Shown here: one piece after another, positions 45,916 through 56,848 of the stretch
How the letters are laid out: each line of letters opens with the position of its first letter
How positions within the stretch are numbered: position 1 is the first letter of the stretch
NCBI GenBank assembly: GCA_002311645.1
Contig: DBYW01000034.1
Span: forward strand, 146,996-210,995
From: Bacteroidales bacterium UBA1176
Lineage (GTDB): Bacteria; Bacteroidota; Bacteroidia; Bacteroidales; WCHB1-69
Reading direction: 5' to 3'
Length of the DNA stretch: 64,000 nucleotides
Program-made: the position numbers and the translations under genes
Notes under the pieces: model-generated
Databases searched by the model: none
What the model saw: only the letters and a program-made list of their open reading frames with translations
Told to the model about the DNA's origin: nothing

Positions 45916-46037
45916 TAGTGTGTCGAGATACAAGGTTCTGTGTACCCTGCTATATTATTGCATTTTCTTAAAAACATCGCACCGCGTGATCCTATAATCC
46001 ATGGGGACTATAAGACCGTAGATTTGACGATTGCGCC

Positions 46038-46616
46038 TTATTTCTTTTCGACGGAGAACCCGAATTTCCCGAGAATTTTACCCAACTCATAGTAGTGGCC
46101 GTGTGAGTAGGCAATCAGATGGGCGCGCCATAATTCCAGGGCGTCGGTTTTGGGGTTGAAGAGCTTTTCGGCGGCGTGGACAGCGAGAACATCGGCGATG
46201 AACATGTCATGGGAGCCGAGCGGCACCACCTGTTTGACGCGACATTCCAAGTTGACGGGCGCCTCGTGGATGAGCGGGGCCTTGACCTGCGTGGCGCGCA
46301 CGGGAGTGAGGCCTGTCTCCAAGAACTTGTTGAATTTGGCTCCGGAGCGAACACCGCACCAGTCGGCAGCCATCGCCAGGTCGCGGCTCACCAAGTTGAT
46401 GACAAACTCGCCCGTGCGTTGGATAATGTCGTGCGAATGTCGTTCGGGACGGATAGAAACATAACACATCGGCGGATCGGAACAAATCGTTCCGGTCCAA
46501 CCGATCGTAATAATATTGTATTCGCTTATGGAATCGCCACAGCTGACCATCACGGCCGGTTCCGGGTTGAGCATATTGCCCGCACGCATCACGCGCTTGC
46601 CGTTTTTTTTCATCAT
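46038..46616 (-). CDS. Flavin reductase family protein
   Basis: LNPEPAVMVSCG, IRPERHSH, GEFVINL, APVNLECRV and LGSHDMF motifs. Confidence 0.92.
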   Translation of the reverse strand: MMKKNGKRVMRAGNMLNPEPAVMVSCGDSISEYNIITIGWTGTICSDPPMCYVSIRPERHSHDIIQRTGEFVINLVSRDLAMAADWCGVRSGAKFNKFLETGLTPVRATQVKAPLIHEAPVNLECRVKQVVPLGSHDMFIADVLAVHAAEKLFNPKTDALELWRAHLIAYSHGHYYELGKILGKFGFSVEKK

Positions 46617-46657
46617 ATTATTTCGCTGCCCTTTCCTGAAAAAGGGGAATACATTAA

Positions 46658-47509
46658 TTACCGTGCTGCGGAGAAGGTGTTCCGGTTGGGGATGATGAGC
46701 AGCGGCATGGAGGAGGTACTCAGGATCTGGCGCATATTGCGGGAAGCGGTGAAGTCAGTTTCCTGCTCCTCGCGCATAATGGTAATGAGGTTGGCATCGA
46801 GTTCCTTGGCAGATTTAAGGATGGTATTGCACACATCGTTGTTGCCGACGGTGTGAGCCTCGGCGACGTTGCGGACATTGGCGTCGTCGCACATCTCCAT
46901 GGCGTTGCGCAGCTGCACATTGATAACGTGGCGTGTTTCCGGACTGTTGGGATAGATAACGCCGAAGAGATAGACCTGGGCGGCGAAAATCTTGGCCAGG
47001 TAGATGGACATCTTCATCTTCTGCAGGGTCTCAAAGCTAATGTCGACGGGCACGAAAATCTTCGTGAGGTCGCGGTTGATCTGGATGTTTTCGCGCATGA
47101 TAAGAACAGGCACGGTGGCGCCGTTGATCATACGGAAGGCGTTGTTGCCGATATAGCCTTCCTCGAAGCCGGAGGCGCCGTGGGCACCGATGACGATGAT
47201 GGATTCGGGGAACTTGGCCGCATACGCGTTCACCTCAACATGAGGCTTGCCTTCGAGGTAGACACTGTTCACGGTGCATTCTGGGGCCTCATCCTTGCAC
47301 AAGGCTGCCCATTGTTGCATTTTTTCCTGAATATGGCTCATGTAGCTTTTCCCTTCTTCCTCTGTCTCGATGCCGATATTGGAGGCTCCCGGTGTTTTCA
47401 CCCATACAAGATGCAGGGCTGCTTTGGAGCGGATGGCGATAGCCACGGCGTGGCGCATGGCGGTCATGGCGCTGTTGGAGAAGTCGATACCGACGATTAT
47501 ATTTTTCAT
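46658..47509 (-). CDS. Universal stress protein (tandem USP domains)
   Basis: MKNIIVGIDFS, IVIGAHGASG, IGNNA and VPVLI motifs. Confidence 0.92.
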   Translation of the reverse strand: MKNIIVGIDFSNSAMTAMRHAVAIAIRSKAALHLVWVKTPGASNIGIETEEEGKSYMSHIQEKMQQWAALCKDEAPECTVNSVYLEGKPHVEVNAYAAKFPESIIVIGAHGASGFEEGYIGNNAFRMINGATVPVLIMRENIQINRDLTKIFVPVDISFETLQKMKMSIYLAKIFAAQVYLFGVIYPNSPETRHVINVQLRNAMEMCDDANVRNVAEAHTVGNNDVCNTILKSAKELDANLITIMREEQETDFTASRNMRQILSTSSMPLLIIPNRNTFSAAR

Positions 47510-47536
47510 AGCAGTGTGTTTAAGGTTATTAAAAGA

Positions 47537-49027
<1,491 letters not shown>

Positions 49028-49139
49028 TTATTTTCGTGCAAAAATATAAAAAAAGAGAGAATATCGGAATGGGAAATTCATTATTTTTGCAAATTCATTT
49101 TTGTAAAAACCATTTATTTCACTATCAAGATTTTATAAT

Positions 49140-49514
49140 ATGAAGAACGTCATCCACACCCATAATGCGCCCGCTGCCATCGGGCCTTACAGCCAAGCCA
49201 TCGAAGCCAACGGCATGCTGTTCATCTCCGGACAGATCCCCGTCGACCCCGCAACGGGCAACGTGCCCGAGGGCATCACGGCTCAGACCGAACAGGTGAT
49301 GAAGAACATCTCCGCCATCCTGACAGAAGCCGGCTACACCTTTGATAACGTGGTGAAGACCACCTGTCTGCTCAGCGATATCGCCAACTTCGGCGCGATG
49401 AACGAGGTTTACGCCAAGTATTTCACGACCAACCCGCCGGCCCGCGCCGCCTTCGCCGTCCGCGACCTGCCCAAAGGCGTGATGGTGGAAATCGAAAGCA
49501 TCGCGGTGAGATAG
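49140..49514 (+). CDS. ridA: RidA family enamine/imine deaminase
   Basis: APAAIGPYSQA, SGQIP, PAR and LPKGVMVEIE motifs. Confidence 0.95.
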   Translation: MKNVIHTHNAPAAIGPYSQAIEANGMLFISGQIPVDPATGNVPEGITAQTEQVMKNISAILTEAGYTFDNVVKTTCLLSDIANFGAMNEVYAKYFTTNPPARAAFAVRDLPKGVMVEIESIAVR

Positions 49515-49584
49515 CTATTGGATATTGGCTGTTGGTCATTGGATAGCCAAAAACCAAAAGCCAAAAGCCAAAAACCAAAAGCCA
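49515..49584. repeat. Opposed heptamer arrays filling the ridA / ABC-F intergenic space
   Basis: (nnTTGGn)x4 followed by (AnCCAAA)x6, running from the TAG stop to the next ATG. Confidence 0.8.
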
Positions 49585-51477
49585 ATGAACTACCTGACCG
49601 TCAATAACCTCTCCAAGTCCGTCGGTGAAAAGCTTCTCTTCAAGCAAATCACTTTCGGACTGGAAAAGGGGCAGAAGAGTGCGCTCATCGCCCGCAATGG
49701 CACGGGCAAGAGCACGCTCCTCAACATTATTGCCGGACGCGAAGTGCCCGACGAGGGCGAGGTCGTCATCCGCAACGACATCGTCGTCTCCTACCTGCCC
49801 CAGATGGACAGCTTCAATGGCGACGACTCGGTGCTCAACGCCCTCTTCGACGAGGAGACCCCCGTGGTGCGCGCCATCAAGGAGTATGAGAGTTGCGTCA
49901 CCCTTCTGGAACAGGGGATGACCGACAAGGTGCCCCAAGAGCGTATGGATAATGCCATCCTCGAAATCGACAGGCTCAACGCGTGGGACTACGAGGCTCG
50001 CATCAAGGAGATACTGTCCAAGTTCGGCATCCACGACATCTTCAAAAATGTCAACCAGTTATCCGGTGGCCAACGCAAGAAGGCCGCCCTGGCCAAGACG
50101 CTCATCGCCGACACCGACCTGCTCATCCTTGACGAGCCGACCAACCATCTGGACGTCGAGATGATCGAGTGGCTGGAAAACTACCTCTCCTCCGCCAACG
50201 TCACCCTGCTGATGGTGACCCACGACCGTGCCTTCCTCGACCGCGTGTGCAGCGATATCTTCGAGCTGAGCAACGGCTCGCTCTACCACTATCGCGGCAA
50301 GTACGACTATTTCGTGGAAAAGAAGGCCGAGCGCCTGGCCAACGAGGCGGCCGAACACGACCGCCTGCGCAACCTCTACCGTCGCGAGCTCGAGTGGGTG
50401 CACACCTCCCCGCAAGCCCGCACCTCCAAGGCCCGCGCCCGCATCAACCAATTCGAGAAACTGCAGGAGCAGATGGACCGCAAAGTGGAACAAGCCCCCG
50501 AAGCATTCAAGGTGCAGTCAGAGCGTATTGGACACAAGATTTTGGAAATCAGCCACCTGGACTTTGCCTACCCCGACCAGACCATCATCAAAGACTTCTC
50601 CTACATCTTCAAGCGAGGTGAAAAATGCGGCATTGTGGGCAAAAACGGCACGGGCAAGAGCACCTTCCTGAAAATGATCATGGGTGAGGTGCGCCCCGAC
50701 GGGGGCAAGATCACCCCGGGACTCACCATCAAGTTCGGCTACTTCTCACAAGATGGCATGATTTATGCCGGCAACAAAATCGTGCTCGAATTAGTAAAAG
50801 AACACGCAGAGGTCATCCGGATGGACAACGGCAACTACATCAGCGCCTCGCAGTTCCTCAACCACTTCGGGTTCCCCTTCAGTCAACAATATACTTATTA
50901 TGAAGACCTCAGCGGCGGCGAGAAGCGCAAGCTGCACCTCCTCATCACCCTGTTAAAAAACCCTAATTTCCTCATCCTCGACGAGCCCACCAATGACTTT
51001 GACATCGACACGCTGAATCTTTTGGAGGACTTCCTGCTCAACTTCGGCGGCTGCCTCATCATCGTCTCCCACGACCGCTGGCTGATGAACAAGTTAGTGG
51101 ACCACATCTTCGTGTTTGAGGGCGACGGCAAAATCAAGGATTACTACGGCAACTACACGGAGTACCGCCAGGCCAAAGACCGCGAGTTGCGCATCCAGAA
51201 GAAAATCGAGAAAGCCAACCGTCCCGTTGTGGAGACGCGCCCGCAAAGAGAGGAGACCAAGAAAAAGCGCTCCTACAAGGAACAACGTGAATTAGAGCAG
51301 TTGGAGCAGGAAATTTCAGATCTGGAAAAGGAGAAGGGCGGCATCGAGGAGAAGATGACCTTGGGACAGGGCACACCGGAGGATTTTGCGGAATGGGGTC
51401 GCCGACACACGGAAATCAACGCGCTGTTGGAGGAGAAGGGCGACCGCTGGTTAGAATTGTCCGAAATCGGGGAGTGA
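49585..51477 (+). CDS. ABC-F family ATPase (Uup-like)
   Basis: Two ABC cassettes (NGTGKST, LSGG, LDEPTN) and a C-terminal coiled coil SYKEQRELEQLE. Start placed at ATG 49585. Confidence 0.95.
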   Translation: MNYLTVNNLSKSVGEKLLFKQITFGLEKGQKSALIARNGTGKSTLLNIIAGREVPDEGEVVIRNDIVVSYLPQMDSFNGDDSVLNALFDEETPVVRAIKEYESCVTLLEQGMTDKVPQERMDNAILEIDRLNAWDYEARIKEILSKFGIHDIFKNVNQLSGGQRKKAALAKTLIADTDLLILDEPTNHLDVEMIEWLENYLSSANVTLLMVTHDRAFLDRVCSDIFELSNGSLYHYRGKYDYFVEKKAERLANEAAEHDRLRNLYRRELEWVHTSPQARTSKARARINQFEKLQEQMDRKVEQAPEAFKVQSERIGHKILEISHLDFAYPDQTIIKDFSYIFKRGEKCGIVGKNGTGKSTFLKMIMGEVRPDGGKITPGLTIKFGYFSQDGMIYAGNKIVLELVKEHAEVIRMDNGNYISASQFLNHFGFPFSQQYTYYEDLSGGEKRKLHLLITLLKNPNFLILDEPTNDFDIDTLNLLEDFLLNFGGCLIIVSHDRWLMNKLVDHIFVFEGDGKIKDYYGNYTEYRQAKDRELRIQKKIEKANRPVVETRPQREETKKKRSYKEQRELEQLEQEISDLEKEKGGIEEKMTLGQGTPEDFAEWGRRHTEINALLEEKGDRWLELSEIGE

Positions 51478-51512
51478 TTGTCCCTCCCTGTTTTTTAACA
51501 AAAATAAAGACT

Positions 51513-52232
51513 ATGATTTTCAACCAATACTTTTACCATCCGGACCTGTCGAATCCACTCGTCACGTTAAGTGCAGAGGAGTCGGAACATTGCTGCAGGG
51601 CCTTGCGCCACCGCGAAGGCGACGAGGTTCTGCTCACCGACGGCCAGGGCCGGGAGGCGTCGGCTGTTGTCGTGACCGCCAATCCCAAGGCTTGCGTGCT
51701 TGAGATACGGGAGGTGCGTGAGAACGTGGGCACGCGCCCATTGCATCTGCACGTCGCCATCGCCCCCACGAAAAATGCCGACCGCATCGAATGGTTTGTC
51801 GAGAAAGGTGTTGAGATCGGCGTCGAAGCCATCACCTTCCTGATCTGCGACCACTCAGAACGCCCGCGCGTCAACATAGAGCGCCTGCACCGAGTGGCCA
51901 TCTCCGCCCTCAAACAATGCCAGACCACCTGGCTGCCCTCGATGGAGGTGCGCTCGTTCCAAGACTTCATGGAACAACAGCGCGAGTGGGTCGCCGACCG
52001 CTACATCGCCTGGTGCGATGACCACAACCAACGCCAATTCGCCACCGAGCGGTTCTCCACCGACCATGTGATACTGCTCATCGGTCCGGAAGGGGATTTC
52101 AGTGAGAAAGAAATCGCCGCCGCCCGCGATGCCGGCTACAAAGAGGTGAAGTTGGGCAACCGCCGCCTGCGCACCGAGACCGCCGGAGTGTATGGATGCA
52201 CGGTGGTCGCAACCAAAACATTAAACGATTGA
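51513..52232 (+). CDS. rsmE: 16S rRNA m3U1498 methyltransferase
   Basis: H...LR, EKGVEIGV, LIGPEGDFS and LGNRRLRTETA motifs. Start placed at ATG 51513. Confidence 0.95.
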   Translation: MIFNQYFYHPDLSNPLVTLSAEESEHCCRALRHREGDEVLLTDGQGREASAVVVTANPKACVLEIREVRENVGTRPLHLHVAIAPTKNADRIEWFVEKGVEIGVEAITFLICDHSERPRVNIERLHRVAISALKQCQTTWLPSMEVRSFQDFMEQQREWVADRYIAWCDDHNQRQFATERFSTDHVILLIGPEGDFSEKEIAAARDAGYKEVKLGNRRLRTETAGVYGCTVVATKTLND

Positions 52233-52277
52233 CAACAAGGGTACAGCACTCGCGTTCACCCCATAAAAGACATCAAT

Positions 52278-53078
52278 ATGAAAAAAATAACCTTTTTATT
52301 GCTACTTTTCTGTCTGGGCTTCGGCCTCATGGCACAGGAGAACTCCATTCCCAAGGTCGCGATCGGAGTTCGGGCTGGCCTCAACGGATCCTCGATTCTC
52401 GTCAACAAGAACACCCTGTCCTTCGACAAGGGCTACTCCTCCACCCAAAAGTTGAAACTCGGGGCGCAGGCCGGCTTCACTGTCAATTTCCGCTTCAAGG
52501 AGAAATGGACTTTCCAGACCGGCCTCATCTACGCGTGGCAACGCACCGGACAAGAGCAAAGCTCCAAATTTGTCAAGGAGCTTTCATCCTACTCCATCGG
52601 CAGCACGAATGCCTACACCTCGCATCACCTGCGATTGCCCGTGATGATTAATTATCACATAAACACCAGTCCCAACCACCTGATCATCGGCCTTGGTCTT
52701 TATGCCGACGGCACGTTAGGCGGCACGTTGGCATACGATGCCTCAGCCATTGTCACCACGGCCACCGAACAAGGCACCGAGATCAACAACTTTTTCGCCA
52801 GCGGCGAACTGCATCCCTACAAAAACGAACGCCACCGCCTTTACTACACCGAAAACAAAGACGATTTCGTCAAGACCTACGACCTCTACACAGGACAGAT
52901 GCTGAAACGTTTCGACATAGGCCTGAATCTGGAAATCGGTTACCAGATCTCGCAATTTTACGTGGGCATAGGCGGAAACATCGGGCTGCTCAACATGGCC
53001 AGAAAAGAATTTTTCGGCAATCAGTTCGCGGAACGCAACTTCAGCCTGCAACTGAACTTCGGATACACTATTAATTAA
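52278..53078 (+). CDS. Outer membrane beta-barrel protein (PorT/OmpA-like barrel)
   Basis: Signal peptide, IGVRAGLN, HLRLPV, RFDIGLNLEIGY and terminal LNFGY. Confidence 0.8.
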   Translation: MKKITFLLLLFCLGFGLMAQENSIPKVAIGVRAGLNGSSILVNKNTLSFDKGYSSTQKLKLGAQAGFTVNFRFKEKWTFQTGLIYAWQRTGQEQSSKFVKELSSYSIGSTNAYTSHHLRLPVMINYHINTSPNHLIIGLGLYADGTLGGTLAYDASAIVTTATEQGTEINNFFASGELHPYKNERHRLYYTENKDDFVKTYDLYTGQMLKRFDIGLNLEIGYQISQFYVGIGGNIGLLNMARKEFFGNQFAERNFSLQLNFGYTIN

Positions 53079-53090
53079 ATTGTACACGGC

Positions 53091-53933
53091 ATGAAATACA
53101 TCGGACCGCACGTCAGTGCCACGGGCGGGGTGGAAAACGCCCCGCTGAACGCCGCCTCGGTGGGAGCCACGGCCTTCGCCCTCTTCACCAAGAACCAGCG
53201 GCAATGGTTCTCCGCACCCCTCACCGACAAGTCAATCAACGCTTTCAAGGCCAACTGCGCACAGGTGGGCATCACCGCCGACCACATCCTGCCCCACGAC
53301 AGTTACCTCATCAACCTTGGGCAACCCGAGGCCGAGGCGCTCGAGAAGTCTCGGAACTCCTTCCTCGACGAGATGCAACGCTGCGAGCAGTTAGGCCTGA
53401 CAATGCTGAACTTCCATCCGGGCAGCCATCTCAAGCTCATCACTTTAGAGCAGTGTCTCGACCGCATCGCCGAAAGCATCAACATAGCCCTCGACAAGAC
53501 CCGGGGCGTCACGGCAGTCATCGAGAACACTGCGGGACAAGGCACCAACGTCGGCTTCAGCTTCCAGCATATAGCGCACATCATCGGCAAGGTGGAGGAC
53601 AAAACGCGCGTGGGCGTCTGCATCGACACCTGCCACACCTACTCCGCCGGCTACGACATCAAGACCGAAGAGGGCTACGCCCAGACATTCAAGGAATTCG
53701 ACGAGACCATCGGGGCACATTATCTGCGCGCCATACACCTCAACGACACCAAAAAGGCATTCGCTTCGCGCGTTGACCGTCACGACAGCATCGGGAAGGG
53801 ACTCCTGGGCATTGATTTTTTCAAACGTTTTATGCAAGACCCCCGATTTGACAACATGCCCATCATCCTCGAAACGCCCGATGAAAAACTCTGGACAATG
53901 GAAATATCTATGTTACAAGATTTTGCAAAATAA
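53091..53933 (+). CDS. nfo: Endonuclease IV
   Basis: [33 protein letters not shown] and ILETP motifs. Confidence 0.97.
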   Translation: MKYIGPHVSATGGVENAPLNAASVGATAFALFTKNQRQWFSAPLTDKSINAFKANCAQVGITADHILPHDSYLINLGQPEAEALEKSRNSFLDEMQRCEQLGLTMLNFHPGSHLKLITLEQCLDRIAESINIALDKTRGVTAVIENTAGQGTNVGFSFQHIAHIIGKVEDKTRVGVCIDTCHTYSAGYDIKTEEGYAQTFKEFDETIGAHYLRAIHLNDTKKAFASRVDRHDSIGKGLLGIDFFKRFMQDPRFDNMPIILETPDEKLWTMEISMLQDFAK

Positions 53934-53999
53934 TTACAACTTTTGCTGACCAAAGCAAAATTTTTTTATTTTTGCACGCTTTTTGAAAGCACCTCTAAT

Positions 54000-54071
54000 G
54001 CTGCGTTCTTCTAACGGTTAGGAATCAAGATTCTCAATCTTGCAATACGAGTTCGATTCTCGTACGCAGTA
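54000..54071 (+). tRNA. tRNA-Glu(CTC)
   Basis: Acceptor GCTGCGT/ACGCAGT, anticodon arm CAAGA-TTCTCAA-TCTTG, T-arm ACGAG-TTCGATT-CTCGT. Confidence 0.92.
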
Positions 54072-54125
54072 CTCCCAAAGTTTATTTAACTATCACATTA
54101 TCAAACTTATAATCCAAAATCCCCA

Positions 54126-56255
54126 ATGAAAGTTTATCAAACCAAAGAAATAAGAAACGTTGCCATCATCGGCGGTAACCGCGTAGGTAAGACAACGTTA
54201 GCCGAAGCCATGGCTTTTCACGGCGGCGTTGTGAGCAGAAGAGGCACCGTGGAAGACAAGAACACCATCTCCGACTACCGCGAGGTTGAATTGGAAAGAC
54301 AGCAGTCCATCCAAAGCACCGTGATGTATGCCGAATATCAAGGCTCCAAGATCAACATGATTGACTGCCCGGGTTTTGATGATTTCATTGGTGAGACCAT
54401 CGGCGCGCTGCGCGTGACCGACACCGCCCTCATGGTGATCAACAGCCAGAACGGCGTGGACGTGGGCGCAGAAATCCAATGGCGCCGCACCAAGGCCATG
54501 AACGTGCCCGTCATGTTCGTCGTCAACCAACTCGACCACGAGAAGGCCAACTTCGACGAGACCCTCCACCAACTCAAGGAATACTTCGGCGGCAGCGTCA
54601 TGCCTCTCCAGTTTCCGGTCAACGCCGGCGTCGGCTTCGACTCCGTCATCGACCTGCTCCAGATGAAGCTCCTCAAGTTCCCCGCCAACGGTGGCAAGAT
54701 GGTGGTGGAAGACATCCCCGCCAACCTCGCCGACAAGGCTGAGGAGATGCACAACGCCCTCATCGAGGCTGCCGCTGAGAACGAAGAGTCCCTCATGGAC
54801 AAGTTCTTCGAAGAAGGCACCCTCTCCGAGGAAGACATGATCAAGGGTCTCAAACTCGGTATCGCCAACCGCGGCACCTTCCCCGTGATCTGCACTTCCG
54901 CCCGCAACGACCAGGGCGTCGAGCGCCTCATGGACCTCATCCTCAAGAACTGCCCCGCCCCTGACGAGGCTCCCGCCATGAAGGCCACCAACGGCAACGA
55001 ACACAAGTGCAACGCCGCCAACCCGTTCGTCGGCTTCGTCTTCAAGACCGCCATCGAACAACACCTCGGCGAAGTTGCCTTCATCAAGATTTGCGACGGC
55101 GAAGTCGTCAAGGCTGCCGACCTGCTCAACACCAATACCAACACCAAGGAGAGAGTCTCCCAGCTGCTCGCTTTCGCCGGCAAGAACCGCGTTGAGGTCG
55201 AAAAGGCTGTGGCTGGCGACATCGTGGCCACCATCAAGCTCAAGTCCACTCCCACCAACACCACGCTCGTGGCCAAGGGTGAGGATGTCATTGAGCCGAC
55301 CGTCTATCCCGATCCCAAGTTCCGCACCGCTGTCCGCGCCAAGAACAGCGCTGACGACGAGAAACTCGGTGCCGCCCTCAACGAAATCCGCAAGGTGGAC
55401 CCGACCTTCCTCATGGAACAGTCCAAGGAACTCAAGCAGATGATCATCTCCGGTCAGGGCGAACAACACCTCAACATCGTGAAATGGATGATTGAGAAAC
55501 TCAACAAGATTGACATCGAATACTATGCCCCGAAGATCCCGTATCGCGAAACCATCACCCGTTCCGCCGAGGCTATGTATCGTCATAAAAAACAATCCGG
55601 TGGTTCCGGTCAATTCGGCGAGGTCCACATGCTCATCGAGTCCTACTACGAAGGCATGCCCACCCAGACCAAATATCCGATTCGTGCCACTGAAACCTAC
55701 GACCTCCCGTGGGGCGGCAAGTTGATCTACAACAACTGTATCGTCGGCGGCGCCATCGACGCACGCTTCATGCCCGCCATCCTCAAGGGTATCATGGAGA
55801 AAATGGAAGAAGGCCCACTCACAGGCTCTTACGCCCGTGACATCGTGGTCAATATCTACGACGGTAAAATGCACCCCGTCGACTCCAACGAGTTGGCATT
55901 CAAACTCGCCGGCCGTAACGCCTTCAAGGAAGCCTTCAAAAACGCCGGTCCGAAGATCCTCGAACCCATCTACGACGTTGACATCTTCGTTCCCTCCGAC
56001 CGTATGGGCGACGTGATGACCGACCTCCAAGGCCGCCGTGGCATCATGATGGGCATGGACAATGAAGGCGCCTTCCAGATCATCCACGCCAAGATTCCTT
56101 TGGCAGAACTCAACAAGTACTCCACCACGTTGAGCTCCATCACCTCCGGCCGCGCTTCCTATAGCATGAAATTCGCCGAATACCAACAGGTCCCCGTCGA
56201 CCTCCAGAGCGAAATCATCAAGAAGTACGAAGAGGAAAACAAAGACGAAGAATAG
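54126..56255 (+). CDS. fusA2: Elongation factor G paralogue (Bacteroidetes EF-G2)
   Basis: MKVYQTKEIRN start, divergent G1 GGNRVGKTT, DCPG, NQLD in place of NKMD, HKKQSGGSGQFG and an insert in domain IV. Not in the str operon. Confidence 0.9.
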   Translation: MKVYQTKEIRNVAIIGGNRVGKTTLAEAMAFHGGVVSRRGTVEDKNTISDYREVELERQQSIQSTVMYAEYQGSKINMIDCPGFDDFIGETIGALRVTDTALMVINSQNGVDVGAEIQWRRTKAMNVPVMFVVNQLDHEKANFDETLHQLKEYFGGSVMPLQFPVNAGVGFDSVIDLLQMKLLKFPANGGKMVVEDIPANLADKAEEMHNALIEAAAENEESLMDKFFEEGTLSEEDMIKGLKLGIANRGTFPVICTSARNDQGVERLMDLILKNCPAPDEAPAMKATNGNEHKCNAANPFVGFVFKTAIEQHLGEVAFIKICDGEVVKAADLLNTNTNTKERVSQLLAFAGKNRVEVEKAVAGDIVATIKLKSTPTNTTLVAKGEDVIEPTVYPDPKFRTAVRAKNSADDEKLGAALNEIRKVDPTFLMEQSKELKQMIISGQGEQHLNIVKWMIEKLNKIDIEYYAPKIPYRETITRSAEAMYRHKKQSGGSGQFGEVHMLIESYYEGMPTQTKYPIRATETYDLPWGGKLIYNNCIVGGAIDARFMPAILKGIMEKMEEGPLTGSYARDIVVNIYDGKMHPVDSNELAFKLAGRNAFKEAFKNAGPKILEPIYDVDIFVPSDRMGDVMTDLQGRRGIMMGMDNEGAFQIIHAKIPLAELNKYSTTLSSITSGRASYSMKFAEYQQVPVDLQSEIIKKYEEENKDEE

Positions 56256-56278
56256 TCATTCGAATGTTTCCATATATA

Positions 56279-56309
56279 AAAGCCCGGCAGCAATGTCGGG
56301 CTTTTTTTT
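56279..56309 (+). terminator. Intrinsic terminator after EF-G2
   Basis: AAAGCCCGGCA-GCAA-TGTCGGGCTTTTTTTT. Confidence 0.85.
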
Positions 56310-56317
56310 GTTGACAT

Positions 56318-56593
56318 TTTTTTATTTGGGCGTGCCGGCGCGGCGGCTATGGTGGTATCTGTGTTCTCGCAGATGTAAAGACGTGCCATGGCGCGTCTCT
56401 ACAGAACGGACGTGATTTCCGCCGCCGCGATTTTCCCGCACACCATCCCCATCCCAGGGGTTGCCGCGCATCCCGCACCACACTTGCTACGCTTCGTGTG
56501 GTGTCACAAAAAGGGAGGCCTCTTCGAGGCCGGTCCAATTACATTGTCATTGCCCATTCAGACGTGTTCCGAAGGAACACCCTTCTCTGTAAC
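56318..56593. repeat. Composite repeat, copy 2 (inverted and internally deleted relative to 45116-45600); contains a REP at 56375-56402
   Basis: TTTGGGCGTGCCGGCGCGGCGGC start, REP GTAAAGACGTGCCATGGCGCGTCTCTAC, then the reverse complement of 45116-45287. Confidence 0.85.
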
Positions 56594-56638
56594 CCCACAC
56601 GGCAGGGGTTGTTGAGATTTTGTTCCTCCGGAACTGCT

Positions 56639-56822
56639 TAAAGAGATAATAGTTAATAGATAATAGTTAAGAGTTGTTTGCCGTTGGATGTTGGCTGTCG
56701 AAATTAATTTCTTAACTTCTTAATTTCTTAATTATCAACGACCAACAGCCAACAGCCAACGACCTTATAGTTCATAGCCATAGTCCAAAGATCGAATGAC
56801 CAACGGCCAACAGCCAACAACC
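56639..56822. repeat. Short-unit tandem arrays (TAATAGn, TTTCTTAA, CCAACAG, CATAGn)
   Basis: Visible directly; 56702-56790 is the inverted homologue of 45034-45113. Confidence 0.8.
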
Positions 56823-56848
56823 ATATTTCATCGCCATAGTTATAACCC

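Noticed and set aside
49525-49584. N-terminal extensions in the ORF track (ABC-F; also C69 from 20353, nitrilase from 28815, rsmE from 51393, permease from 60384)
   Set aside because: They overlap repeats, a tRNA or upstream genes; downstream starts match the family N-termini better.
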